A DNA stretch of 64,000 nucleotides, from positions 3,904,001 to 3,968,000 of the forward strand of contig OZ245002.1 in the NCBI GenBank assembly GCA_965223415.1, read 5' to 3'. The first letter of the stretch is position 1. Each line of letters begins with the position of its first letter. This document shows, one piece after another, positions 40,728-50,222 of the stretch. This stretch comes from Myxococcota bacterium (GTDB taxonomy: Bacteria > Myxococcota_A > UBA9160 > UBA6930). A program made the translations under genes and the position numbers. The notes under the pieces are model-generated. The model did no database searches, had not been told where the DNA came from, and saw only the letters and a program-made list of their open reading frames with translations.

Positions 40728-41360
40728 ATGGACTGGGTCCGGCCGGTCTGCCACGAGCTCGGGAACCTGCTGGCAGGTGTCCAGCTCTCGGGGCACTTCC
40801 TGGGCGGCGAGCTCTCCGATCGCGATCGCCGGCAGGTGGCCCGGGACGTCCAGCTCCTGAGTGCCCAGGCCGGCGCATGGGTCGCGCTGATCCGTCCGCT
40901 CCAGCTGCGCAAACCGCCGCTCTCCCGGGTGGCACCGGCCGAGATCCTGGCCGCCCTGCGCCGGAGCGTCGATGAGCTCTTGTGGAAGCCCGACCAGCTC
41001 AAGGTGTCGAAGGGCACGCGGCAGTCGGACGTCCGGGTCGACTCGGACGCGGTCCACCATCTGCTGGCGCTCCTCGTGAGCGCCGCCCTCGCCGACGGGG
41101 GCGCGACCTCCCAGCTCCGCCTGGGCACCCGCCAGCAGTCGCGGCACCTGGTGCTGGCGCTGACCGATACGGGCCCGGTCCTGCCCAAGCCCACGGCGGT
41201 GCCCGCGGCCCGCGGGCGGGAGCTGGCGCTCCAGGTGGGCGACGCGATCCTGCGGGCCGGCGGCGGAAGGCTCGCTCTCGTGTCGCGCCGCGTGGGCAAT
41301 CGCATCGAGCTCTACCTGCCCTGGGCGCCTCGCCGGGCTCGGGCGGCGCGGCGCGGCTAG
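40728..41360 (+). CDS. Sensorless histidine kinase-like protein (degenerate ATPase domain)
   Basis: VCHELGN H-box at residue 9; degenerate G boxes (DTGPVLP, GRELAL). Confidence 0.6.
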   Translation: MDWVRPVCHELGNLLAGVQLSGHFLGGELSDRDRRQVARDVQLLSAQAGAWVALIRPLQLRKPPLSRVAPAEILAALRRSVDELLWKPDQLKVSKGTRQSDVRVDSDAVHHLLALLVSAALADGGATSQLRLGTRQQSRHLVLALTDTGPVLPKPTAVPAARGRELALQVGDAILRAGGGRLALVSRRVGNRIELYLPWAPRRARAARRG

Positions 41361-41403
41361 CCCCGTTCCGGCGCGACCGCGTTCCTGGAACCGGGCTCCG
41401 TCG

Positions 41404-42327
41404 TCAGGCGGCCCGCGCCAGGGTGGCCTTGGCGGCGCGGCCCGCCCGGATCGCCCCGGTGGGCTCGCGGAGGTCCCAGACGAGCCCCACCCATGAGAGC
41501 GCCTTCAGCACGTACCAGGTCACGTCCACCTCCCACCAGAAGAAGCCGTTGCGGGCGGCCGCCTGGTAGTAGTGGTGGTTGTTGTGCCAGCCTTCGCCGC
41601 AGGTGAGCAGCGCGATCCACAGGTTGTTGCGGCTGGTGTCCGTCGTCTCGTAGCGGCGCGAGCCCCAGAGGTGGGCCAGGGAGTTCACGCAGTAGGTGGC
41701 GTGCCACAGGGCCGTGGTCGAGACGGCGAAGCCCCACACCAGGCCCGGGAAGCCCGCGACCAGGCCGCACAGCACGGCGAGGGTGAGCGGCGGTACCCAG
41801 TGGTGCTTGTTCAGCCACACGAGCTCCGGGAAGCGCGCGAAGTCCTTGATCACGTCCTCCGGCGTGCCCTCCCAGCGGGAGTCGAAGATCCAGCCCTGGT
41901 GGGAGTGGTACCAGCCGTCCTTCGGACTGTGGGGGTCGCCTTCCTGGTCGGAGAAGCGATGGTGGCGCCGGTGGTTGCCCGCCCACCAGAGCGGCCCCTT
42001 CTGGGTGGCGGAACAGCCGATCCAGGCGATCACGAACTGGAAGATGCGGCCGGTCTTGTAGCTCTTGTGGGAGAAGTAGCGGTGGTAGGCGCCGGTGATG
42101 CCGAGGACCCGCACCACGTAGGTGGCCACGCCGAGCAGTACGGCCTCGACGGGCGCGCCGACCACCAGGACCAGGAGACAGGCGGCGTGAATGCCCCAGT
42201 AGACGGCCCTGGAGAGCACGTCCGTGCGGGTCAGCCAGCCGTCGGAGGCCTCGAAGCCCTGGCGGTAGCTCTCGGGCTCGGGCGTCCCGGGGCGCGGATC
42301 TTCCTTGGCCGGTGCAGCGCTCGCCAT
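41404..42327 (-). CDS. Acyl-CoA (delta-9-like) fatty acid desaturase
   Basis: His boxes HRYFSH, HRRHH and GEGWHNNHH. Confidence 0.92.
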   Translation of the reverse strand: MASAAPAKEDPRPGTPEPESYRQGFEASDGWLTRTDVLSRAVYWGIHAACLLVLVVGAPVEAVLLGVATYVVRVLGITGAYHRYFSHKSYKTGRIFQFVIAWIGCSATQKGPLWWAGNHRRHHRFSDQEGDPHSPKDGWYHSHQGWIFDSRWEGTPEDVIKDFARFPELVWLNKHHWVPPLTLAVLCGLVAGFPGLVWGFAVSTTALWHATYCVNSLAHLWGSRRYETTDTSRNNLWIALLTCGEGWHNNHHYYQAAARNGFFWWEVDVTWYVLKALSWVGLVWDLREPTGAIRAGRAAKATLARAA

Positions 42328-42492
42328 GTTCCCTCCGGATGAGCGGTCGCGAGGATACGGACCCTTTCGGTGGCCGGGGCGCCTGGCCTGTGAAACTTGC
42401 GTAAATCCCCGGTTCGATGGGGTATCGGCCCCACGGCTGCCGACGGGAAGCGCTGGCGGGGGCCCGGAGCTTCCCCCACAATCGGGCGCGCC

Positions 42493-43308
42493 ATGGCGAC
42501 GAACCCCATCGAGCCCCTGGGACTGTCCCCGCAGGAACGCGACGCCTACCGGGAGGACGGCTTCTTCTTTCGCGCGGCCGTGCTGAGCTCCGACGAGGTG
42601 GACGGGCTTCGCACCGCCGCCGAGGAGGTGGTGAAGCGAGCCGAGCAGGCCGTGGCCGGGAGCGAGGACTGCTACGCCATCGACGGCAACCAGTACGTGG
42701 AGGTCCGGGAGCTCGGTGACGGCTCGACGGTCCAGCTCGAGCACGCGCCCGGCTCGCGCACGATCCGGGTGATCGAGCCCTTCCACTTCCTGCACCCGGT
42801 CTTCGACCGGCTCGTCGACGATCCCCGCATCGTCGAGCCCATGCGGGGACTCGTGGGAACGGAGAGGATCGCCCTCTTCTCGGACAAGATGAACCTGAAG
42901 CGTCCCCGGGAGGGCTCGCGCTTCGACTGGCACCAGGATTCGCCCTACTGGGCGCACTTCTGCGACCACCTGGACCAGCTCCCCAACGTGCTCGTCGCCC
43001 TCGACGACGCCGATGCGCAGAACGGATGCTTCCGCGTGGTGCGCGGCAGCCACACCCAGGGCTGCCTGCCGGGACGCGAAGGCGAGGGCACCCTGGGTCC
43101 GCTCTTCACCCATCCCGATCACTTCGACGAGACGGAACAGGTCGCCCTCGAGGTGCCGGCGGGCTCCCTCGTCTTCTTCAGCCCCCACACCGTGCACGGC
43201 TCCCAGCCCAATCGCTCGGGCCGCGCCCGTCGCGCCCTGGTCCTGACCTACCAGCCCGGCGGCCGGCGCATGTTCAAGATCGACCGGGTGCGGGGCGTCG
43301 GACGTTAG
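42493..43308 (+). CDS. Phytanoyl-CoA dioxygenase (PhyH) family
   Basis: WHQD, VALDDADAQNGC and HGSQPNRS...RR. Confidence 0.88.
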   Translation: MATNPIEPLGLSPQERDAYREDGFFFRAAVLSSDEVDGLRTAAEEVVKRAEQAVAGSEDCYAIDGNQYVEVRELGDGSTVQLEHAPGSRTIRVIEPFHFLHPVFDRLVDDPRIVEPMRGLVGTERIALFSDKMNLKRPREGSRFDWHQDSPYWAHFCDHLDQLPNVLVALDDADAQNGCFRVVRGSHTQGCLPGREGEGTLGPLFTHPDHFDETEQVALEVPAGSLVFFSPHTVHGSQPNRSGRARRALVLTYQPGGRRMFKIDRVRGVGR

Positions 43309-44156
43309 GCGATCAGCACCTCGCGGCACCACGAGTGCAGCCGGGTGTCGTCCACGGCCCAGGCCCAGAACGCCGCGAGCCAACGCTCGGCTGCATCCCG
43401 GTAGGCGGCGAGCCCGTGCTCGGCGAGCCAGCGGCCGGCGAAGGCGCGATCCGCGTCGGTGGCGGCCGGTGACATCGCCGGCGCCAGGTAGATCGCCGCG
43501 CCCAGCGGGTCGAGGCGCCGATCGCCGATCAGGGTGACCGGACCGAAATCGAGGACGGCGCTGATCCCGTCGCCGTCGACCAGGACGTTGCCCGGGAAGA
43601 AGTCCATGTGCACGAGGTCGCCGCGCGCGGGCTCCGGGAGCGCGCGGGCCAGGGCCGCCGCGTCGACCGCGTCGAAGCCGGGGCCCGCCCTCGCCAGGCT
43701 TCGCGCCGCACGCGCCTCGAGATAGTCGCGTTGGGTCGGCGTGTGGATCGGATCCGCCGCCAGCAGATCGCCGAACCACGGGCGCGGGAGGGGGAGGTCG
43801 CCGATGCGGTCCGCAGCGGTCAGGTAGGCGTCGAGGAGTGCCTCACGGCGGTCGCCCCGGGCTTCCCGGAGCACGTCGCACATCGCTCGCCCCGGAAGCC
43901 GGCGCTCGACCGAGACGATCCAGTCGTCGCGGGCTTCGGTCTCGAGCACCTCGGGAAGCTCGAAGGGCACCGCGTTCCGACCCCGACCCAGCTCGGCGTA
44001 GAGCTCCGCCCGGCGTTCGACGGCCGCGCGGCTCGTTCCCGGCCGATGCACGCGCAGGACGCGAGACCCGTTCAGGGCGTACACCTGCGCCTCGCCGCCC
44101 TCTCCCAGCAGCGCGTCCGGACCGAGGCCGAACGCCCGAAGCGCCTCTTCAGGCAT
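43305..44156 (-). CDS. Aminoglycoside phosphotransferase-like kinase
   Basis: LGEGGEAQVY, HMDFFPGNVL and LDFG. Confidence 0.8.
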   Translation of the reverse strand: MPEEALRAFGLGPDALLGEGGEAQVYALNGSRVLRVHRPGTSRAAVERRAELYAELGRGRNAVPFELPEVLETEARDDWIVSVERRLPGRAMCDVLREARGDRREALLDAYLTAADRIGDLPLPRPWFGDLLAADPIHTPTQRDYLEARAARSLARAGPGFDAVDAAALARALPEPARGDLVHMDFFPGNVLVDGDGISAVLDFGPVTLIGDRRLDPLGAAIYLAPAMSPAATDADRAFAGRWLAEHGLAAYRDAAERWLAAFWAWAVDDTRLHSWCREVLIA

Positions 44157-44916
44157 CCGGGTCGGTGGCCGCGCCCCGCCGCAAGGCGAGCACGAGCACC
44201 GTCGCACCGACGGCGCCGGCCAGCACCATCAGGCCCTGGGCCGGGGTCCAGCCGAAGTAGCGGGCATCGCCGGTGCGCAGCCCATCCAGGGCGAAACGGC
44301 CGGGCGCGTAGAGCAGGAAGAAGAGGCCGAAGAAGAAGCCGGTCGGCCGGGGCCTGCGCGCCAGTGCCACGAACACGAGGGCGATGACGCCCACGAACAG
44401 GAACTCGAGCAGCCCCAGGTCGAAGCGCGGGCCGTCCGGGAAGGCGACCGCCAGTGGGTGGGTCGAGGCCACGCCCAGGTGGTCGTGCTGGAGTGCACAG
44501 CCGAGGCGCCCGGTGGCCAGGGTGAAGGGCAGGGCGAAGACGCAGAGGTCGAACAAGCGCAGCGCGTCCCGGGGGCCGGTGCCCTGCCAGCGCATCACGA
44601 GGAGCAGGCCGAGCAGCCCGCCGACCATGCCCCCGGTGGAGGAGAGGCTTCCCCAGACGGCGAGTAGCACGAGCGGGTTCTCCCGCAGCTGCTCCGGGAA
44701 GTAGAAGAGCACGTCGAAGACGTGGGCCGAGACCAGACCGATGCCGATGGCCCAGATGCACAGGCTGCCGGCGCGCTCGGAGCTGAGCGCGAAGCGGGGC
44801 GCCGCCCGGACGACGACCTGGTACTGCACGATGACGGCGGTCAGGGTCAGGACCCGGAAAGCGGTCAGTTCGTAGCCGCCGAGCTCGAGGGTGGGGTGCG
44901 GGATGTAGGGCAGCAC
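44149..44916 (-). CDS. Divergent prolipoprotein diacylglyceryl transferase (Lgt-like)
   Basis: GSLSSTGG, GRLGC, YAPGRFALDGLR and TPAQ; multi-TM. Confidence 0.7.
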   Translation of the reverse strand: MLPYIPHPTLELGGYELTAFRVLTLTAVIVQYQVVVRAAPRFALSSERAGSLCIWAIGIGLVSAHVFDVLFYFPEQLRENPLVLLAVWGSLSSTGGMVGGLLGLLLVMRWQGTGPRDALRLFDLCVFALPFTLATGRLGCALQHDHLGVASTHPLAVAFPDGPRFDLGLLEFLFVGVIALVFVALARRPRPTGFFFGLFFLLYAPGRFALDGLRTGDARYFGWTPAQGLMVLAGAVGATVLVLALRRGAATDPDA

Positions 44917-44949
44917 GGGAGCGGAGCGTAGACGATACGATGGGCGTCC

Positions 44950-45657
44950 GTGAGCGCGCCGTCCCGCAAACCGCCTCGCGAGCAGCTCGGCCAGACCGTC
45001 GGGCTCCTGCTCTTCGGCCTGCTCGTGCTCCGCCAGGTGTCGCTCTTCCCGGACCCGCTGAATCCCATCGACGGCCTGCGCTGGCTCCTGATCAGCCTGT
45101 TCTTCCTGCTGGCCTGCTCCGCCTACGCGACGCGCCACGCCGCCCGGGTGCTCGCCCGCGGACCGCTGGACGTGCTCCTGCCCCTCGTCTGCGCGGCCCT
45201 TCCGCTGGTCCAGAGCCAGGTGCCCTCCGACCTGGCCCGGGAGCTGGGCGCCGGGCTCGCAGCCTTGGGCCTGCCGCGGGACGGGCTCTGGGTCCGCCGC
45301 CTGGACGCCGGGCCGGGGTTGGGCCTCGGCCTCGCCGCCTTGGGCGAGCTCGTCATGCTCGCCGGGTTGATCAGCCTGCGCCGCTCCTTCAGCATCTTCA
45401 CCGAGGCGCGGGAGCTCGTGACGACGGGGCTCTACCGCTGGGTGCGTCATCCCCTCTACCTGGGCGAGATCGCGACCGTCTGGGGTATCGCCCTCTCCTG
45501 GCCGACGCTCTGGGCCTTCGGCCTGGCGGGCGTGTTCAGTGGGCTCCAGCTCTGGCGGGCGCGCCGGGAGGAGCGGCTCCTGGCGAGCGTCTTCCCCGAG
45601 TACGCGGGCTACCGCCGGGAAGCGGGGTTCCTGTGGCCCCGCCGCGGTGCGCCCTAG
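44950..45657 (+). CDS. ICMT/PEMT-like membrane methyltransferase family
   Basis: LVTTGLYRWVRHPLYLGE and EERLL...EYAGY. Confidence 0.8.
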   Translation: MSAPSRKPPREQLGQTVGLLLFGLLVLRQVSLFPDPLNPIDGLRWLLISLFFLLACSAYATRHAARVLARGPLDVLLPLVCAALPLVQSQVPSDLARELGAGLAALGLPRDGLWVRRLDAGPGLGLGLAALGELVMLAGLISLRRSFSIFTEARELVTTGLYRWVRHPLYLGEIATVWGIALSWPTLWAFGLAGVFSGLQLWRARREERLLASVFPEYAGYRREAGFLWPRRGAP

Positions 45658-47182
45658 CCCTGATCCGGCATTGAGATCACGGATCCGAGCGTAGGTCTGG
45701 CGGGCTCACGCGGCGAGCGCGGTCTCGGCGGCCCGGATGGTGGAGCGGCTGCGCGAGGACGCGGCGATTCGGAGCGAAGCGCGTCCGGCAGGCCGAGCGA
45801 TGCGGCCAGGGAGCTGGATCAGCTCGAAGCGGAGCGTGCGGAGCGAGGGGAAGCGGAGCCGGGCGGTCCGCTTTCGGCCGTTGGGTCGCTCTGGCAGGCC
45901 AAGCGTGGCTTGGAAGTCCCGCACCAGGTTGTGGGTCAGGGCACTGAGCAGCTGCCAGTTGCTGTTGGCGTCCCAGTCCTGGGTCGGGATGGTGGCGAAC
46001 GCCAGGTGCTGTTTGAGCTCGGCCAGCGTCTTCTCGTGGCCGCCGCGTCCGGCCATGAAGGCCCAGACGGCGGCCTCGCTGGTCCGCTTGTTCGTCGCGA
46101 CCATCGAGTACTCGTAGTGGCCATCGTCCGGGGTGAAGAGGTCGAGCTGGAAGTTCTTCGCGCTTCGCCCGGAGACCTTCTTGCGGAACACCACGATCCG
46201 CTCGCAGCGCTTCCACTGTGGGATCCGGTGGACGACGGAGAAGGCGTCGACGCTCGCGTTGACGCGGTGCCAACGCTTCCGGGCGGCGATCTTCTCACGC
46301 ACGCCGAGCCAGCGCCACATGGGGACCTTGAGGGCGTACTCCACGCGAGAGGCCGTGAGAACCTCGAGAACGGCCTTCTGGAAGAAGGCGCCATCGAGCC
46401 GCACCTCGATCGGGACCCGATCGAGGCGCCGCTTCGCGTCGCCCAGGAGAAAGGCCAGCTTCTCCGCAGCGCCCACCGCATCGTTCACATTGCCCGGCCG
46501 GTTCCATACGCCGAGCAGCTGGCTCGTCTGCGCCAGGTGCGCCGTCAGCGGGTAGTAGGACGGGTCCTTCGGGTGATGTGGGTTGAAGCCGCGCTCGGCG
46601 CCGTCCACGTACTCGCCCGTCCGAAGCACGGTGCCGTCCAGCTCGATCGTGGCCCGCTCCAAGCCGAGCCCTGTGTGGGTTCCATAGGCCATGTCCCGCA
46701 GCAGTTCGTTCAGACGATCGCGGTAGCCCGACGTCAGCTCCTTCAGGTTCCTCGCCAGGGTCCGCTCGTCCGGAAGCCGCTGCAATCGGACGAACCGCCG
46801 AAACAACGGATCCCGATCGAGCACCCGGACATGCGAGAGACGGCTCCCTCCCAGCAGCAGCATCCCCACCACCACCAGCATGCAGCGGAAGGATCCGTAG
46901 TCCGAGTCGAACGCCCGATCCGCAAAGGCCGCTTTCAGGCGCTCTGCCCAAAAGCGGTCGAAGAAGCGCCGGAACAGCTCCAGCCCGCCGTAGCTCGTCA
47001 GCGCCTCATCCGTGAAGGCGATCGACAATTCGCCCTTGACGCGGGCTCGAATCCGGTGTCTGCTTAGCTTCACGAATGTGGCTCCTCGGAGGCATGATGG
47101 TGGTTGGCACTTCCATCAAGCACACCGACGGAGCCACTTTCAATTCCGGGCTTTCCCTACACCTCGCAATGCCGGATCAGGG
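45658..47182 (-). mobile_element. IS1380-family insertion sequence, 1525 bp
   Basis: 16-bp perfect terminal IRs CCCTGATCCGGCATTG (45658-45673 and 47167-47182) flanked by a CTAG duplication. Confidence 0.92.
45706..47073 (-). CDS. IS1380 DDE transposase
   Basis: LTSYGGL, ELDGT, YYPL, RLDGAF and GRGGHEKTLAELK. Confidence 0.88.
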   Translation of the reverse strand: MKLSRHRIRARVKGELSIAFTDEALTSYGGLELFRRFFDRFWAERLKAAFADRAFDSDYGSFRCMLVVVGMLLLGGSRLSHVRVLDRDPLFRRFVRLQRLPDERTLARNLKELTSGYRDRLNELLRDMAYGTHTGLGLERATIELDGTVLRTGEYVDGAERGFNPHHPKDPSYYPLTAHLAQTSQLLGVWNRPGNVNDAVGAAEKLAFLLGDAKRRLDRVPIEVRLDGAFFQKAVLEVLTASRVEYALKVPMWRWLGVREKIAARKRWHRVNASVDAFSVVHRIPQWKRCERIVVFRKKVSGRSAKNFQLDLFTPDDGHYEYSMVATNKRTSEAAVWAFMAGRGGHEKTLAELKQHLAFATIPTQDWDANSNWQLLSALTHNLVRDFQATLGLPERPNGRKRTARLRFPSLRTLRFELIQLPGRIARPAGRASLRIAASSRSRSTIRAAETALAA

Positions 47183-47803
47183 CTAGCTCTCGCCCTCGAT
47201 CGCCCGGGCCGCTTCGTCGAATGCGGCCGAGAGCTCGTCGTATCCTCGGGTGACCGGGAACTGGGGGAACTCGCGGATCACGTTGTCCGGCGGGCGGAAC
47301 AGGATGCCGCGATCGGCCTCGCCGAGCATGGTCGTGTCGTTGTAGGAATCGCCGGCCGCGATCGTCTGGAAGTTGAGGGAGCGGAAGGCCTGGACGGCCT
47401 TGCGCTTCGGGTCCTGCTGGCGCAGGTGGTAGTTCGCGATCCGGCCGTCGCCTGCGATCTCGAGATCGTGACAGAAGAGGGTGGGCCAGCCGAGCTGCTG
47501 CATCAGCGGCTTGGCGAACTGGTAGAAGGTGTCCGAGAGGATCACGACCTGCATGCGCGCCCGCAGCCGGTCCAGGAACGCGCCGGCGCCCTCCAGGGGC
47601 GTGAGGCCGGCGATGACCTCCTGGATGTCGGCGATGCCGAGGCCGTTCGTCTCCAGGATGCCGAGCCGGCGGGTCATCAGCTCGTCGTAGTCCGGGATGT
47701 CGCGGGTGGTGAGACGCAGCTCCTCGACGCCCGTTCGCTCGGCCACGCCGATCCAGATCTCGGGAACGAGGACCCCTTCGAGGTCCAGGCAAGCGATGAT
47801 CAT
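47183..47803 (-). CDS. thrH: Phosphoserine phosphatase/homoserine phosphotransferase
   Basis: [27 protein letters not shown] and [10 protein letters not shown]. Confidence 0.93.
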   Translation of the reverse strand: MIIACLDLEGVLVPEIWIGVAERTGVEELRLTTRDIPDYDELMTRRLGILETNGLGIADIQEVIAGLTPLEGAGAFLDRLRARMQVVILSDTFYQFAKPLMQQLGWPTLFCHDLEIAGDGRIANYHLRQQDPKRKAVQAFRSLNFQTIAAGDSYNDTTMLGEADRGILFRPPDNVIREFPQFPVTRGYDELSAAFDEAARAIEGES

Positions 47804-47812
47804 GGCGGCGGC

Positions 47813-49354
47813 CTACTCGGGAGCCGGGCCGGGGAACTGCTCGCGCAGGATCCGCTTCAGGATCTTCCCCGTCGGGTTGCGGGGGATCTCGTCTATGAAG
47901 TGCACGCTCCTCGGCTGCTTGAAGCGGGCGAGCTTGGTCTGACAAAACTGGATGACGTCGTCCTCCGTGACCTGCGTGTCCGGCTTGCGGACCACGATGG
48001 CGGCCGCGGATTCTCCCCACTTCGGTGACGGCATGCCAATCACGGCCACGTCGGCCACGTCCGGATGGGCGGAGATCGCGTTCTCCACCTCGGCCGGGTA
48101 CACGTTCTCGCCGCCGGAGATGATCATGTCCTTCTTCCGGTCCTGGATGTAGACGAAGCCCTCCTTGTCGATGGTCGCCAGGTCGCCGGAGTGGAGCCAG
48201 CCGCCCTGGATCGTCTCCGCCGTGGCGTCGGGCCGGTTCCAGTACTCCTTCATCAGGTGGCGGCCGCGGATGATCACCTCGCCGATCTCGCCGGGGGCCA
48301 CGTCGCGCCGGGCCTCGTCGACCACGCGCACGTCGGTGTGGAAGAAGGCCGGGCCCGTGGAGCCGGCCTTGGCGATGGCGGCCTCCGGGCTGATCAGGCA
48401 GGCGGGGCCGCCGGTCTCGGTGAGGCCGTAGACCTGGTGGATCTCGGTGCCGAGCTCCGCGTACTGCTCGATCAGCGGGACCGGCACGGGCGCGGCACCG
48501 GACATGAACCAGCGCAGGGTGGAGCGGTCGTGCTGGCCGTGGTTGCCCGCCGCGAGCATGAAGCGGAGCATCGCGGGTACGGCGAGGCCGACGGTGATCT
48601 GCTCGCGTTCGATCACGGGGAAGACCTGGGAAGGGTCGAAGGCGCGCATCAGCACCAGAGCCATGCCACGGTGGATGCCCGAGGTCAGCGGCGTCAGCGC
48701 ACCCACGTGGAAGAGCGGCAGCATCTGCAGGTAGCGATCGTCGAGCCGCATGTCCGCGGTCATGTTGATCGTCGTGGACGCCCACAGCATCGAGCTGTGG
48801 GTATGCACCGCGCCCTTGGGGAGGCCCGTCGTGCCCGAGGTGTACATGATGAAGAGGAGGTCGTCGCCTTCGGCGGCGATCTCGGGCTCGGCGTCGCTCG
48901 CGTCCGAGGTGAGTGCGTCGTAGCTCTGGGCGAAGCCCGCAGCGTCGCCCGGGCCGCCCGCGCGGATCCAGGTGCCGACGGGGGTGTCGCCTGCGTGAAG
49001 GGCCGCTGCGGCGTCGTCGAACTCCTGGTCGAAGAGGAGCACGGTCGATCCGGAATCGCCGAGGATGAACGACAGCTCGTCGGGGACGAGGCGCCAGTTG
49101 AGGGGCACCATCACCGCGCCGATCTTGGCGATGGCGAAGTAGGCCTCGACGTACTCGACGCCGTTCATCATCAGCACGGCGACCCGGTCGCCCTTGCCCG
49201 TGCCCTGATCGCGCAGGACGTGGGCGAGGCGGTTCGCGCGGGCGTTCAGCTCGCCGTAGCGGAACCGACGGCCCCGCTCGAGCTCGATCAGGGCCTCCCG
49301 GTCGGGGCCGAGGGCGGCGCGCTTGGTCAGGAAGAGTCCGAGATTCTCACGCAT
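47813..49354 (-). CDS. Long-chain fatty acid-CoA ligase
   Basis: YTSGTTGLPKG, YGLTE, SGDL, GGENVYPAE and PRNPTGK. Confidence 0.9.
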   Translation of the reverse strand: MRENLGLFLTKRAALGPDREALIELERGRRFRYGELNARANRLAHVLRDQGTGKGDRVAVLMMNGVEYVEAYFAIAKIGAVMVPLNWRLVPDELSFILGDSGSTVLLFDQEFDDAAAALHAGDTPVGTWIRAGGPGDAAGFAQSYDALTSDASDAEPEIAAEGDDLLFIMYTSGTTGLPKGAVHTHSSMLWASTTINMTADMRLDDRYLQMLPLFHVGALTPLTSGIHRGMALVLMRAFDPSQVFPVIEREQITVGLAVPAMLRFMLAAGNHGQHDRSTLRWFMSGAAPVPVPLIEQYAELGTEIHQVYGLTETGGPACLISPEAAIAKAGSTGPAFFHTDVRVVDEARRDVAPGEIGEVIIRGRHLMKEYWNRPDATAETIQGGWLHSGDLATIDKEGFVYIQDRKKDMIISGGENVYPAEVENAISAHPDVADVAVIGMPSPKWGESAAAIVVRKPDTQVTEDDVIQFCQTKLARFKQPRSVHFIDEIPRNPTGKILKRILREQFPGPAPE

Positions 49355-49403
49355 GGGGGCATTATTCTTCGTGCGGCTGGGAAGGGGAAGGGGGGAGCGA
49401 GGC

Positions 49404-50186
49404 ATGCAGCCGCTCGAGGCGGTGTGGCTGGGGATCGTGCAGGGGTTGACCGAGTTCTTCCCGGTCTCGAGCTCCGGCCACCTGGTGATCGCCGAGACCC
49501 TGCTCGGCCACCTGGGCGAGGGCGTGCTCTTCGAGATCGCCGTCCACGTCGGCACGCTGATGGCGATCCTCGTCTTCTACCGGGAGCGGATCGCCGGGCT
49601 CCTGACCGGCCTGCTGGCCCGGGAGAGCGAGGCCTGGGTGTATTCGGGAAAGCTGGCCCTGGCGACGTTGCCGGCCGTGGTGGCCGGACTCCTGGCCAAG
49701 CCCTTCATCGAATCGCTGTTCGAGAGCCCGCCGGTGGTGGTGGGGACGCTGGCGGCGACGGGGGCGTTCCTGCTCACCATTCGATTCACCCAGCCACAGG
49801 CCGCCGCGCCGGCGCCGAGCTGGTCCCAGGCCTTCTGGATCGGCTGCGCCCAGATGCTGGCGATCGCGCCGGGGATCTCGCGCAGCGGCGCCACCGTCGC
49901 CGCGGCCCTGGCGCTGGGCGTGGCCCCGCTGGCGGCCACCGAGTTCTCGTTCCTGATGGCGGTGGCAGCCATCACCGGCGCTGCGGTGCTGGCGCTCCCG
50001 GAGGCGAACGCCGCCGACGCGAGCACGCTCTGGGCCTGCGCCATCGGCGCCCTCGCCGCCGCCGCATCGGGCCTGCTGGCGCTGCGCGGCTTCGTGCGCC
50101 TGCTCGAGAGCCAGCGCTTCCACCTCTTCGCCTACTACTGCTTCGCCGCCGCCGCCGCCTTCGGGACGTACCTGCTGTCAAGTTAG
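49404..50186 (+). CDS. uppP: Undecaprenyl-diphosphate phosphatase
   Basis: QGLTEFFPVSSSGH, PGISRSGAT and EFSFL. Confidence 0.93.
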   Translation: MQPLEAVWLGIVQGLTEFFPVSSSGHLVIAETLLGHLGEGVLFEIAVHVGTLMAILVFYRERIAGLLTGLLARESEAWVYSGKLALATLPAVVAGLLAKPFIESLFESPPVVVGTLAATGAFLLTIRFTQPQAAAPAPSWSQAFWIGCAQMLAIAPGISRSGATVAAALALGVAPLAATEFSFLMAVAAITGAAVLALPEANAADASTLWACAIGALAAAASGLLALRGFVRLLESQRFHLFAYYCFAAAAAFGTYLLSS

Positions 50187-50222
50187 GTTCCTGGAACCCA
50201 ACTTAACGAATCGAGTCGGCGG

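Noticed and set aside
43305..44156. Aminoglycoside resistance gene
   Set aside because: Only generic APH-fold motifs and no resistance context.
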